A program made the translations under genes and the position numbers. A model generated the notes under the pieces. That model saw only the letters and a program-made list of their open reading frames with translations, had not been told where the DNA came from and made no database searches. A stretch of 34,906 nucleotides of DNA from Pelomyxa schiedti. Taxonomy: Eukaryota > Protista > Evosea. Positions 9,001-18,588 of this stretch are shown in pieces; within the stretch, counting starts at the first letter, position 1, and each line of letters opens with the position of its first letter. Location: contig JAHLWZ010000975.1 of the NCBI GenBank assembly GCA_020536535.1, forward strand, positions 1 through 34,906, in the 5' to 3' direction.

Positions 9001-10631
9001 TCGTTACCGATGTCTGAATTAAAATTGGACAAGTCCATTTGCCTTGAAACTTTGAATACATTCGAAACACTCAAGTGAGGTGCGTGTTGTGCCACAAGAT
9101 CTAGAACATTTGAATATTCCAGAGTTTCGGATGGGAGAAGCTCAATTGTTGCTCCAAGGGAATAATAACTTGGGAGACAGTAAGGAATGTGTAAAAGGTG
9201 GAATTACAGTACAGCAAATCAACATCTCCAAGGTTGCCTGTTAGGTTGAATGAGCCTTCTCCTATACAGGACACATCCCGCATATCCTGAAGAGTGTCCA
9301 TCCAAGATAGTACCTGCTCGATAGTAGAGATATCCTGCATTGAAAATATCAAACGAAGGAAAATGTTCTATGTGAAAATATCTACATTTTGCATGTTTGA
9401 AGCTGTAGGAACAAAGGAAAAAAATTCAGTTGTAAGTTGATGTGCAACTGTGGGGTCCAGTTCACCATTTTCTATCGCCTTTGTAGAGTTTTAGTAGTCT
9501 TTCTAAAAGGCACAAACCAACCTGCTGAATCTTCCTCAGGACCACGGCAGCTTTTTCTATTTGAGGGGAAGAGAGCTGCTTCAAGGAGATATTCTTAGAG
9601 CAAAGTTGGATTGCTGATTCCTTCCAAAGTCCAATTAAGAGCTTTCTGACAGCAGCAGGCACAATGGAGGCACTTGCTGCATCCAATAAACCATCACGTT
9701 CAAAGTTAACATAACAAACAAATAAACAAACGAGTACCAGTGGTGTTTCCTATGTTGGCAGAAGATAGAAGGACCTTTTGGTATTTATTTTTGGTTGTCT
9801 AGGAATAGTAGTTTAGAAGAAAAGAAGGTGAACTGTACTTTAAGGTACTTTTTCTCTGAAGAGTGAACCGTAAACAGCCACGGCATCAGTCCATGAATGA
9901 ACATACATGTGATAGGGTTTTGAAATGTTTTTATCTAGTTGTTCCATTGTGCCCTTAAGTGTTACGATGCGAAAGAAGCGTGCTTGTCCATCCACTGTGC
10001 AATGTTATCTAAGAATGATGAAAGATGATAACCTCCAATGTGCAGTTCCATTAGCAATAAAGATGACCTCTTAACAAAGAACTTGGAGAGTAAATCTCTT
10101 CTCACAACAAAGTATGTCTGAGGGAAGTACGGTGCATCAATTGAATTTGCCTCATATTCCTACCAAAAAGGAGAAAGATAATGGTGAGCCTCCAGTTTAC
10201 AAGGAAATAAGATAGAAATATTCTCCGGTCAATATCCAAGCATAACGTCTGCACACCCTCACAACTCTATGTGCCCAAGTCCCAAGGCTAGCATTGCCTT
10301 CGAATTCAGAAATTTGGTGCATGTCATCGCGAATGACGTGGGCAGTGGGGTCCAATGGCACTGACACAGGCGGTGGCCCAACTGGGCCCGGCTCGACCAC
10401 CGGTGGGTCACACACCACGTCCTGCAACTCCGGGGGCGGCGGCAAGTTGGTGTCCCACGCCGCAGCCTCGTTGCACGACAACTTGGCGCGCTGGACCAGG
10501 TGGTCCCTCAGTCCCCCGCCCGGAGGAGCAAGTTGGGGTCGGGGCCTGGGCGGCGGCTTGTTCCACAGGGTCCTGGGCTGAAATCTTTTGACGACCACTA
10601 CCGGCCTGTTGGGCTTCAACCTCGACGGCAT
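6095..10631 (-). CDS. PARP4-like: Vault poly(ADP-ribose) polymerase-like protein (PARP4/vPARP architecture: BRCT-like N-terminus, PARP regulatory helical plus catalytic domain, VIT, VWA). Multi-exon.
   Basis: - The GC-rich first exon runs 10631-10200 (MPSRLKPNRPVVVVKRFQPR...TAHVIRDDMHQISEFEGNASLGTWAHRVVRVC, BRCT-like).
- The PARP helical region is at 9686-9462 (SKNISLKQLSSPQIEKAAVVLRKIQQ).
- The catalytic domain has ERLLFHGS (about 8960), then NWLGILSRG / LGVKRTNAGNLGAGLYFSDDPLTALKYTTGDENGNRY, then LLLSRVALGNVKDLHKYDF.
- The VIT domain reads IPLEAISIHAKLI | DLVGEVVILQEFHNTSATPIEAKYVFPLDEKSAVVGFEAFIN | HKHVIGVVKEKEQAHKEYKEAIKRGDGAYLLDEAKSNVFTVSVGNLPPHTKVVIKIS.
- The VWA domain has FNVITFGSTFEALF, ...NYNLFIISDGDIANDLQ and RVFSLGVGTEVHRHNLMSFARLGGGACEFV.
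- The C-terminal exon ends at 6095.
Introns are 39-49 nt, for example 8186-8224 and 7998-8042. Confidence 0.7.
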
Positions 10632-10694
10632 TCTCGGTTTATTTGAATTGTTTTTTGTTTTGCTTTTCGTTTGTTCGGTTGGGTCGGTTTTTAA

Positions 10695-11632
10695 TCAGTT
10701 CAAGCGAATGAGATTTCCGAATTCAGAAGATGTTTGTGGCTGAAGAAGTCCAACGTGTGGCAATGTAGACACATGAAGAAAACATAGAGGACTTGGGTTG
10801 TTCAGGGGAAGACCTACAGTTGTTGTGAATTCGTTTGTTGGTGTTGTTACAGCTAGAACCTTTTTGTAGATAATATCTAGAATATGGGCTACTCCTTGTT
10901 CAAGGAATTGCTGGTTCTGTTTGCCTGGAATGTGTACAAACCCGGCAAGGGGAATCATAATGTTCTGTAGTGTTCCGACTTCTTTAATTAACCACTTAGA
11001 ACGAACAGTCATCCATTATAACAGCAGAAGCTACCTTGAAGCTGCATTTTTCTAGAATGAGCTCTCCACAACGTTGAATACAAAGCCAAGTTACAGAAAT
11101 AAGTTCCTGCATGCCACGACACAGAAGCAGATATTCCCCTATGGCCCAGCTGCTCAGCCAACCAGCTTGACCCGAGTGTGGATTGCAGTGCCAAAGGGCC
11201 CCCATTGACCAGAGCCACTCCATCCCCAGGCCTTGTGATTCCATTAGCGTCAGGCCTTATGTGTTGCAAAACATTAAGTCCAATGCACTCAATGTGGAAC
11301 TCAGTGGCCTCAGGGTCCACACCAAGGTGGATAAATGCAAAGGCTGAGTCACTTACATCGCCGTGTTGGTCCCACAGTGTATTGATACCCATCTGTGCTT
11401 CGGTTGTCCTATTTGTTGCTCTTAGTTGATGTATTGGCAGCCAGAACTCTATCCAAATTTTAAGTGGAGCTCTTTACACAGGAAGAATTTGCGTGATAAT
11501 TCTACATGGGGGCAATAGAGCCAAGGCCTCAGGGCACACAGTTCGATTCTCTATTGCCCTCACTACCATCTCTGAGGGATTGGTTGGGGCCGATATGTAG
11601 GGCCCGTACCCTGTCAACACAACTTTCGGCAT
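10695..11632 (-). CDS. PGPEP1-like: Pyroglutamyl-peptidase I (pyrrolidone-carboxylate peptidase, peptidase family C15), with at least one intron.
   Basis: - Exon 1 (from ATG 11632) reads MPKVVLTGYGPYISAPTNPSEMVVRAIENRTVCPEALA.
- Exon 2 reads INTLWDQHGDVSDSAFAFIHLGVDPEATEFHIECIGLNVLQHIRPDANGITRPGDGVALVNGGPLALQSTLGSSWLAEQLGHRGISASVSWHAGTYFCNLALYSTLW.
- The C-terminus has IPLAGFVHIPGKQNQQFLEQGVAHILDIIYKKVLAV.
These match PCP motifs (TGFePF, GxAxgR..i..E.vA.N, AGtYvCN, aGFiHvP). Confidence 0.7.
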
Positions 11633-11790
11633 CGGCAATTAAACAACTTTTCTAAAGCCAACTCTGCAGCCCGTCGTCCCACAATCCACTCCTCGAGCTC
11701 TCTGCAACCAGAAGTACCCCCTCGTTTTCGTTTTGCTGTTCTAACCATTCCAAGTCACTTTTTCATCAAAGCCAAAAGGTACCAACCTTT

Positions 11791-12701
11791 TCACTCTGTG
11801 AGAAGAGGTAGAACTTGTCTGAGGTCACCTGTAATTGTGTGGCGCGCAGCTGCGGACACGGATTCTGACATCACATTGACGGCGATTGGAAGGCCCACAA
11901 TGCCAAATGCTGCTATGTCATTCGGTCCATCACCAATAAAAGCAACATCCTCCAGGTCAACCCCAAGCCCTTGGGCAATTTCTCGCAGCTTTATTGTTTT
12001 GTCCCATGGTACAATCACCTGAAAATGGGAGATTAGAAATCCGGCAGTGTCATCTTGTGGGAGGGAAAAACCACACTTTGACATCCCCTGTTACTGCACC
12101 ATTTTCACAAACAAGCTCATTGACAGCCACATGCTTTATGCCTAGAATTGAGGCAAAGTGGTTTGCAAGTACATCCAATCCAGCTGAGAGAATAGCTGTG
12201 GCAATTCCATGCCTGTGAAGTGCATCTAATAATTCAACAGCACCAGCAGCAATTTCTGTGGCCCTTGCCTGGAAGTGAAACAGAATTCATGAACGTAAGA
12301 AACACAAAGCAATACCAACCTCTTCAAGCACAACAGAGAGAGGGGTTCCTTTCCACAAAATTGTATCAGCTTTGGCCCTGATGTTAGTCATAAAAGCAAA
12401 ACACCAAATACAAAACTCCACCATTCTTCATATCCTATTTCCCCAGCAAAGAATCTCTCAGCGTTATGAGCAGCCTGTGCCTCGCAGCCTATTAGCAAAG
12501 GGGGGTTTTCCCCGTGTTGGTTTTCCACTAAAAACCGCGAGAGTTGCACGACCTAGCCTGATATGTAACCTCTTCCATATACTATTCCTCTCTGCTGATA
12601 AAGTACCATCCTACTTGCCAAAACAACAGACACTTAGCGGTGCAAAAAGCAACAGCACTGTTCAAACCAGGTCAAAAACCGCCAGTTTTATCTTCCGAGA
12701 T
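11791..12701 (-). CDS. serB-like: Phosphoserine phosphatase-like HAD-superfamily hydrolase (SerB-like), multi-exon. The 5' end is uncertain.
   Basis: - The start exon reads MSSSSRKIKLAVFD (candidate HAD motif I).
- Next is ...LIGCEAQAAHNAERFFAGEIGYEEW | AKADTILWKGTPLSVVLEEV.
- Then | ARATEIAAGAVELLDALHRHGIATAILSAGLDVLANHFASILGIKHVAVNELVCENGAVTGDVK.
- The last exon reads | VIVPWDKTIKLREIAQGLGVDLEDVAFIGDGPNDIAAFGIVGLPIAVNVMSESVSAAARHTITGDLRQVLPLLTE stop at 11791.
Introns are 44-58 nt. Confidence 0.6.
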
Positions 12702-12984
12702 GATGACGACATTGGCACCACACACCAACCTCAATACTTAAAGAAACAAAACCAATCACAAGAGCAGAACCCCAACCAACTCTTTTTTTTTTCCATTGTG
12801 GGATTTCGTGGTGGCACCGCAGCTCAAAGCTGGATCAGAATGAGTTGAGGCTGATCCCACTCTCTTTCCTGAAGTGCAAAGATCTGTAACTGCAACTTCT
12901 ATGGGATGTGCCGGTTCCATAATGGTTCGGCGGAAATTTTTTTGGCATTTTCTTCCTTTGGGGCTAAACAAGCTTGTTGACTTC
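12702..12984. promoter_or_regulatory. Candidate bidirectional promoter region between divergently oriented serB-like (minus) and ACD-GNAT (plus) genes.
   Basis: This is inferred only from divergent gene starts roughly 170-280 bp apart. It contains a T-run at about 12784-12795. No motif is claimed. Confidence 0.2.
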
Positions 12985-15900
12985 ATGGAAGGGTACGACG
13001 ACGTCTTCTTGCTTGAAAAGCACCTTGTCGAGCCTCTGTTGGGTTCCTGCGACGTAGCCGCCGTGTATGGAAAAAATCTTTCTTGTAAACCTCTCTTGTT
13101 GGTTCTTGGCGTCGTTGCTTTACTTTTGTTTCCTTGTGGCTGTTTCGGTTTTTTTTGTTGTTGTTGTTGCTTTGTTGAAAGATCTCGCCAGGCGCACTTA
13201 CGACGGGAATAACCGACCGGTTTTTTACGACGAGTGCATTGCCTCGCTCTTCAGCCCAAAGTCAATAGCGGTTGTTGGTGCTACTGATCGTCCCGGCATT
13301 GGGAGGATTACACTTGCCAATATCAAGGGAGCCGTATGTCACCATTAGTTTCTATATTCATAAAATAAAATAAAATAAAAAGGGTACAAAGGCGGCAGTA
13401 TGGGGTATAAATCCTGGACGTAAAGTGGTTCTGGGACAACCATGTTTCCCTTCTGTCAAAGATTGCCCAAGCGTGCCAGACCTAGTAGTCATAGTTACAC
13501 CTGCTCCTACTGTTCCTGCCATTGTCCAACAGTGTGTTGACATTAGGGTCAAGGTAGTGTTGTTTTTTTTCCGTGGATACTTCCTGTTGACTCGCTTTAG
13601 GCAATTATTGTTATAAGCTCTGGATTCAAAGAAGTTGGGCCAGCAGGAAAGTTGTTGGAAGATCAAATCTCTGCTTCTCTACATTCCACAAGATATACAA
13701 GACTTGTAGGGCCAAACTGCCTCGGAATACACTGCTCTTACACCAATTTGAATACAACATTTGGGTCTTCCGAATGTACCCCTGTATGCCACCGTCCAAA
13801 ACACACACTGGCTTAAAATATTAGGGAAACTGTGCAGTTGCAAGCCAAAGTGGTGCTGTAATTTGTACGATTCTTGATTGGGCACTTCAAAATGGTATCG
13901 GGTTCAGCAGCATGGTCTCTGTTGGATCCATGTTAGATGTTACCTGGTATCTCTTGCTTTATCATTCATTGTGCCTAACTTTTCGAAGGGCTGAACTTTT
14001 GTTGTACTTTGGAAATGACCCAAACACTAAGTTCATTGTAATTTATATGGAATCTATTGGCAATGCAGAAGCTTTCATGGCAGCAGCTCAGCAAGTCACA
14101 CTTCGTAAGCCCGTTATTGTACTGAAAGCTGGACGTACTGATGTAAATTGCACCATATATTGTCTTGTATCTAATTCTTGTTCTTTTAGGAAGCTGCAAA
14201 GGCAGCAATGTCTCATACAGGAACACTAGCCGGATCTGATCATATTCTTGACGTTGCATTCAAGCGTGTTGGTGTGATTCGAGTAGACTCGATTACTGAG
14301 ATTTACTCTGTATGTTTGTATTTCCTCAGCACTGGCACATATCCCAACCAAAACAGAATATTATGATGTTTTCGTTTTCTCCCATTCCCAGAGGGCCCAA
14401 TGTTGCTGTAGTTACTCACGCTGGTGGTCCTGGCGTTATTTCTACTGATACCATTGCACAAGTTACTGGGTGAGTTCCACTAAACAAATATAGTAATACA
14501 CTTCAGTGTGGGGGAAAGCTTGCTACAATTCCAAAATCCGTCATAGATTCGTTGAATCCTCTTCTTCCCAAAAATTGGTCCATGGTACCTGGCAACCTAC
14601 CACCGATACTTCCCATTAACTCCATTTCTAGACAAATCCTCTGGACCTTAGTGGTGGTGCTTCTCCGGAGTGCTATCAGTATGTTCTTGACGCCCTGTCG
14701 CAATTAGAAGATGTCCACAGTGTAATGGCCATAGTTGCTCCTCTTTCAGGAATTTGTCCTGGGACACCAGTAGCTCAATACCTGAAGCAATTCAAAGATA
14801 GATGCCCCGATAAAACGTTAGTAGTGGGAATGCTGGGTGGTGATGAGTTACTATGTGCAAGAAAGGCATTAATCAGAAATCGTAAGATTAAATAGCTTTG
14901 GAAGAAAACTCACTCTATGTAGACATTGCCGCATTTAATGTTACGGACATAACGGCCAGGACTATCACTGCGTAATTGACTCTGATTTTTTCTTACTGAG
15001 AATGACATCTCCTCCTTAGTGCCTGGAATTACCGAAAAACTGTCATGGACTTGCATCAGCCCCCCAAAGCGCTTCCGCGATTACATGATCATTGGAAAGC
15101 GACGTCTACTGTGAACGAACTTTTGTCCACTGTACTACCGCTCTTTCGTGTTCTCTTTTAACAAGAATACGTCTATGTAGGTACAAGCAACAGGCAGAAC
15201 AATTCTTACTGAAGCAGAATCGAAAACCGTGCTAGAGGCGTATGGTATTCCGATTACCAAGACTATTCCCACTCGCTCTGTAGAGGAAGCACTTTCTGCA
15301 GCTAACTCAATCGGGTATCCGGTATGTGATTTCAGTGTTGGAGCAGGAATCTTACACAGATAAAGGTCGTGCTGAAGCTTCTTAGTGAAACAATTACCCA
15401 CAAATCTGATGTTGGTGGTGTTTTGCTCAACATAGACTCGGACGAGGCCGTGCGACTTGGCTTCGAAACAATCAAGGTAAATCAACATCATTTCAATCAC
15501 AAGGAATCAATGGATCCCAGATGAATCTTCAAAAATGTCATCCTGATACGTGGCAAACCCACTTCCTCGGTGTAACAGTCCAACCAATGATAAATGCAAG
15601 CGAATCACTGGAACTTCTCCTTGGAAGTAGGCCTTGTTCTTCTTTATTCAGTTCTAAACATCCACAGGCCATACCGATGCTCAACTAGGACCTGTTGTTG
15701 TTTTTGGTACTGGAGGAAAGTTGGTGGAAGTCTTTAAAGACACTGCAGTTGGGCTTCCACCTCTTGACGCCACATTAGTTGAAATGATGATGAAGCAGGT
15801 TCTTAGTGCAATTAGTGTGGTGTCGGTAGTTAATACAAATAGACGAAAATATTTAAAGCCCTGGGTGGCGTTAGAGGGAGCAAGCCTGTTGACTTGGACA

Positions 15901-16860
15901 AACTCATGGCAATAATTATCTCTTTTGGTGATATGATTTCCAATCATCCCCTTATCAAGGTTTCTCAATCCCTTTGTTTCTTGGCTTAATCTGCTCAGGA
16001 ATGTGACATCAATCCTCTTTTGGCTTCCTCTCAAAGAATAACTGCCGTAGATGGACGTATAGTCTTGTGGCCACAGAGTACATCCATACAATCAATCCCT
16101 AAGGCAACTGCCCTTTCACTTCCTTCATAGCCTCTAACATTTCTGGTTAGGCGGTGATAAAGCCGTATGCTTATGAGTTTGTGCGAGATATTACTATGAC
16201 CAATGGGGCACAAATAACTGTGCGCATGCTAAGGTACTGTACAATGAATTGAGGTTTTAGCCGACTCGTACTTCAAGAGTGGATGACTGTGCTGCATGGC
16301 AAGCATGGGGAAAGTTAGCCACCGAGGACACAGCGTACACATCACTGGCAATGGAATCCACCAAAGCCCAGCGCTTCAATTTTGCTCGCACTACGAGGAT
16401 CCTTTTCTCTTGCATGGATTCCTTTGGCATTGTTGCATTGGATACCCCCGGCCACATTCTGGCTGGTATAAGGTATTTGACCCCGTTCCACGGCTTTTCT
16501 CAGTCACATGAAATAGGATAATCAAATACTCCCATGCACAGTGCGTGTGCAGCCCGGTTTTCAGCATGGAGCAAATAGGCACCGAGCTGTTCAAACACAT
16601 CCTGCAACACACATGCCACGTGGCTTCCCACTATACACGCTGCTCCGAGATATCAGGTTCCTTCCCAACATACACATGAAAACCAAAATCAAAATTCACC
16701 AAACTAACCAACACAAACAGCGGTGGTACCTCTCACAAGGCACAATGCACCATGGGCTCACGGCGCCGCGATGGCCGCAGCCTTTGAGGCCTTTGGGTTC
16801 AAGGCAGACCCGAAATCCACAAGCGAATTGAGAATCCTGCACTTCCCACTTTCGCCCTGA
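12985..16860 (+). CDS. NDP-forming acyl-CoA synthetase (ADP-forming acetyl-CoA synthetase type: CoA-binding, succinyl-CoA-synthetase-like, ATP-grasp) fused to a C-terminal GNAT acetyltransferase domain (bacterial Pat/YfiQ-like architecture). About 14 exons.
   Basis: - The N-terminal exon reads [19 protein letters not shown], followed by an intron of roughly 140 nt with a strong polypyrimidine tract.
- Next is [51 protein letters not shown] | [57 protein letters not shown] | [45 protein letters not shown] | [34 protein letters not shown].
- Then [42 protein letters not shown] | [39 protein letters not shown] | [26 protein letters not shown].
- The ATP-grasp region is [46 protein letters not shown] | [37 protein letters not shown] ... 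[43 protein letters not shown] ... [26 protein letters not shown].
- GNAT exons read [14 protein letters not shown], then [66 protein letters not shown], then [22 protein letters not shown] (motif A-like), then [38 protein letters not shown] stop (16858-16860).
The catalytic His is retained (SHTG). Confidence 0.65.
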
Positions 16861-16984
16861 AGAAAATCACTTGTTCAAATATTTCCTTTGCAAGGAATGC
16901 CCCGCAGATCTTAGTTCCACACTTTGTTTAGCGAAATAATAAATTAATTTTAATTTCTTAAAAAAAAAACCAAACGAATCTGCG

Positions 16985-18451
16985 ATGCATCAACGAACAG
17001 AAACGCCATCACGCCCCCGTCCGTTATCGGTGAGGCTTTTTTTTGTTGTTTCTCTCTCGTCGCTCTATATTATTCCTACCTGTCATTAGTGTTTCCTTGT
17101 TTTTTGTTTTTTTTTTATCAGCATAATTTTTTTCCCCCCCTATAGGGTGTTATCATTGGTGCTAAGGGAAACCTGCAGCAATGCGTTAATTGTACTACAC
17201 AACCATCAAGCACACCAACATCACCATCTTTGACACCCATTTCCGCGCTGCCTTGTAGCGAATCACCGTTGCTGCCACTGTCACCGTCACCATCACAGTC
17301 ACTGACACAGGAGGATGCTTTTGCTTTTACTTTGGCACCACCACCATCTACACCAGCACCACTCCCACCATCCACACCTCGGATCACGCTATCATCTCTG
17401 CCACCCCTGCCCCCTCTGTCATCACTTTCGCTTCCTTCTGCGCCTCCTCCACCCCCTCCCTCTGTGTCTGCAATGCCACTGTCATCATCATCGCTTTCTT
17501 TGCCGCCACTGCCACTACCACCTTCTCCTTCAACCTCGAAAATGCCAGCATATCCGGCACCTTCTCCTCCCCTGGGAGTTTTGACTGTACCACTAAGCAC
17601 TACTGTGTGTAATTCTACACCACCAACTGGAATGAGCCCAAGTACTCTTCCAAGTGAATCCACTTCCACACCCCGAACTACATCTTCACCAACACTATCC
17701 TCATTTATTCCTGCTGTGCCATATTCGCACACAACTCTTCCACAGGCAAAGCATGTACCTCGGGCAACATCCACTCCTCTGGCACTTTCTTCTCCCCAAG
17801 TCCCAACAGCTGACATAACACCATTCCCCACGGCCATACCCGATGATGCCAAGCAAGTCGAGGTTCTCGTAGTAGGGATTCACGACCTCTGTGCTAAATC
17901 TCTTGCTACTCAATTTGTAGAGAGTATTTATCTCCCAGAAGAGCATGGTATCTAAGGCTCAACACCTTCCTTCTGACCTATTACCGGCAGAATTCACTCC
18001 TGGTTGTAAAATTGTAATGGCTGGCCTGTTTCCTGCAAAAGTTCATGTAACTCACATTTCATGGAACAATGTGGAACCTGGTCTTCTACAACTCGCTCCC
18101 AGTTCCAGTTTAGTGGTCTATGTGCAAAGTAGGACTGATTGTGTGTCATTTGGGCGACTTGAAGAAGCACTCGGGACACTGCATAAGAAATGCAAAGCAC
18201 GCACAGTCATGTGTGTGATTGATTCTAGAAAGGACATCACTGAAGAGTCAGCTCCAAATACAAAACGTTATGTTCGTGGTGCTGAATTTCTCTCTGTGCT
18301 GACAAAACTTGAACACATGGTGTGGATGCTGGGTTGTGCGGATGTTCGTGACACAGGTTCTGTCTGGTTTTTTTTCCAAGAAGTATTGTCAAATTTTCTT
18401 TCCAAGACACCAAGTAAGAAAATGTATGTTTCCATAGAAGAAATATTTTAA
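16985..18451 (+). CDS. Pro/Ser-rich protein with a conserved C-terminal globular region of unknown function (3 exons).
   Basis: - Exon 1 (16985-17029) reads MHQRTETPSRPRPLS.
- An intron of roughly 116 nt ends in tttttttccccccctatag at 17145.
- Exon 2 (17146-17945) reads GVIIGAKGNLQQCVNCTTQPSSTPTSPSLTPISALP..PPPSTPAPLPPSTP...DDAKQVEVLVVGIHDLCAKSLATQFVESIYLPEEH.
- A 43-nt intron (17946-17988) restores the frame.
- Exon 3 reads EFTPGCKIVMAGLFPAKVHVTHISWNNVEPGLLQLAPSSSLVVYVQSRTDCVSFGRLEEALGTLHKKCKARTVMCVIDSRKD...SIEEIF stop at 18451.
The minus-strand Gly-rich ORF 17118-17852 is rejected as antisense. Confidence 0.45.
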
Positions 18452-18588
18452 ATGCAAACCTGAGCAACAGACAACATTGGTCACACTCTCTTCCTGAGCC
18501 ACAGCATTCACTCCCACGTGATCTTATAGAAAAAGTCTGCACAGGTCTCCAGCGAACCAAAACTGGAATACCTTCTTCAGAAGAGGAG

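Noticed and set aside
11521-11640. tRNA-like T-loop string (cagttcgattctc).
   Set aside because: It lies inside exon 1 of the pyroglutamyl-peptidase gene (encodes ...AIENRTVCPEALA on the minus strand). It has no cloverleaf context.
12372-12848. 158-aa plus-strand ORF.
   Set aside because: It overlaps the 5' exons of the minus-strand serB-like gene (HAD motifs are on the minus strand). It has no features of its own.
17118-17852. 244-aa Gly/Asp-rich minus-strand ORF.
   Set aside because: It is the antisense shadow of the Pro/Ser-rich exon 2 of the plus-strand gene, whose frame is continued by a phase-consistent 43-nt intron into a globular domain.
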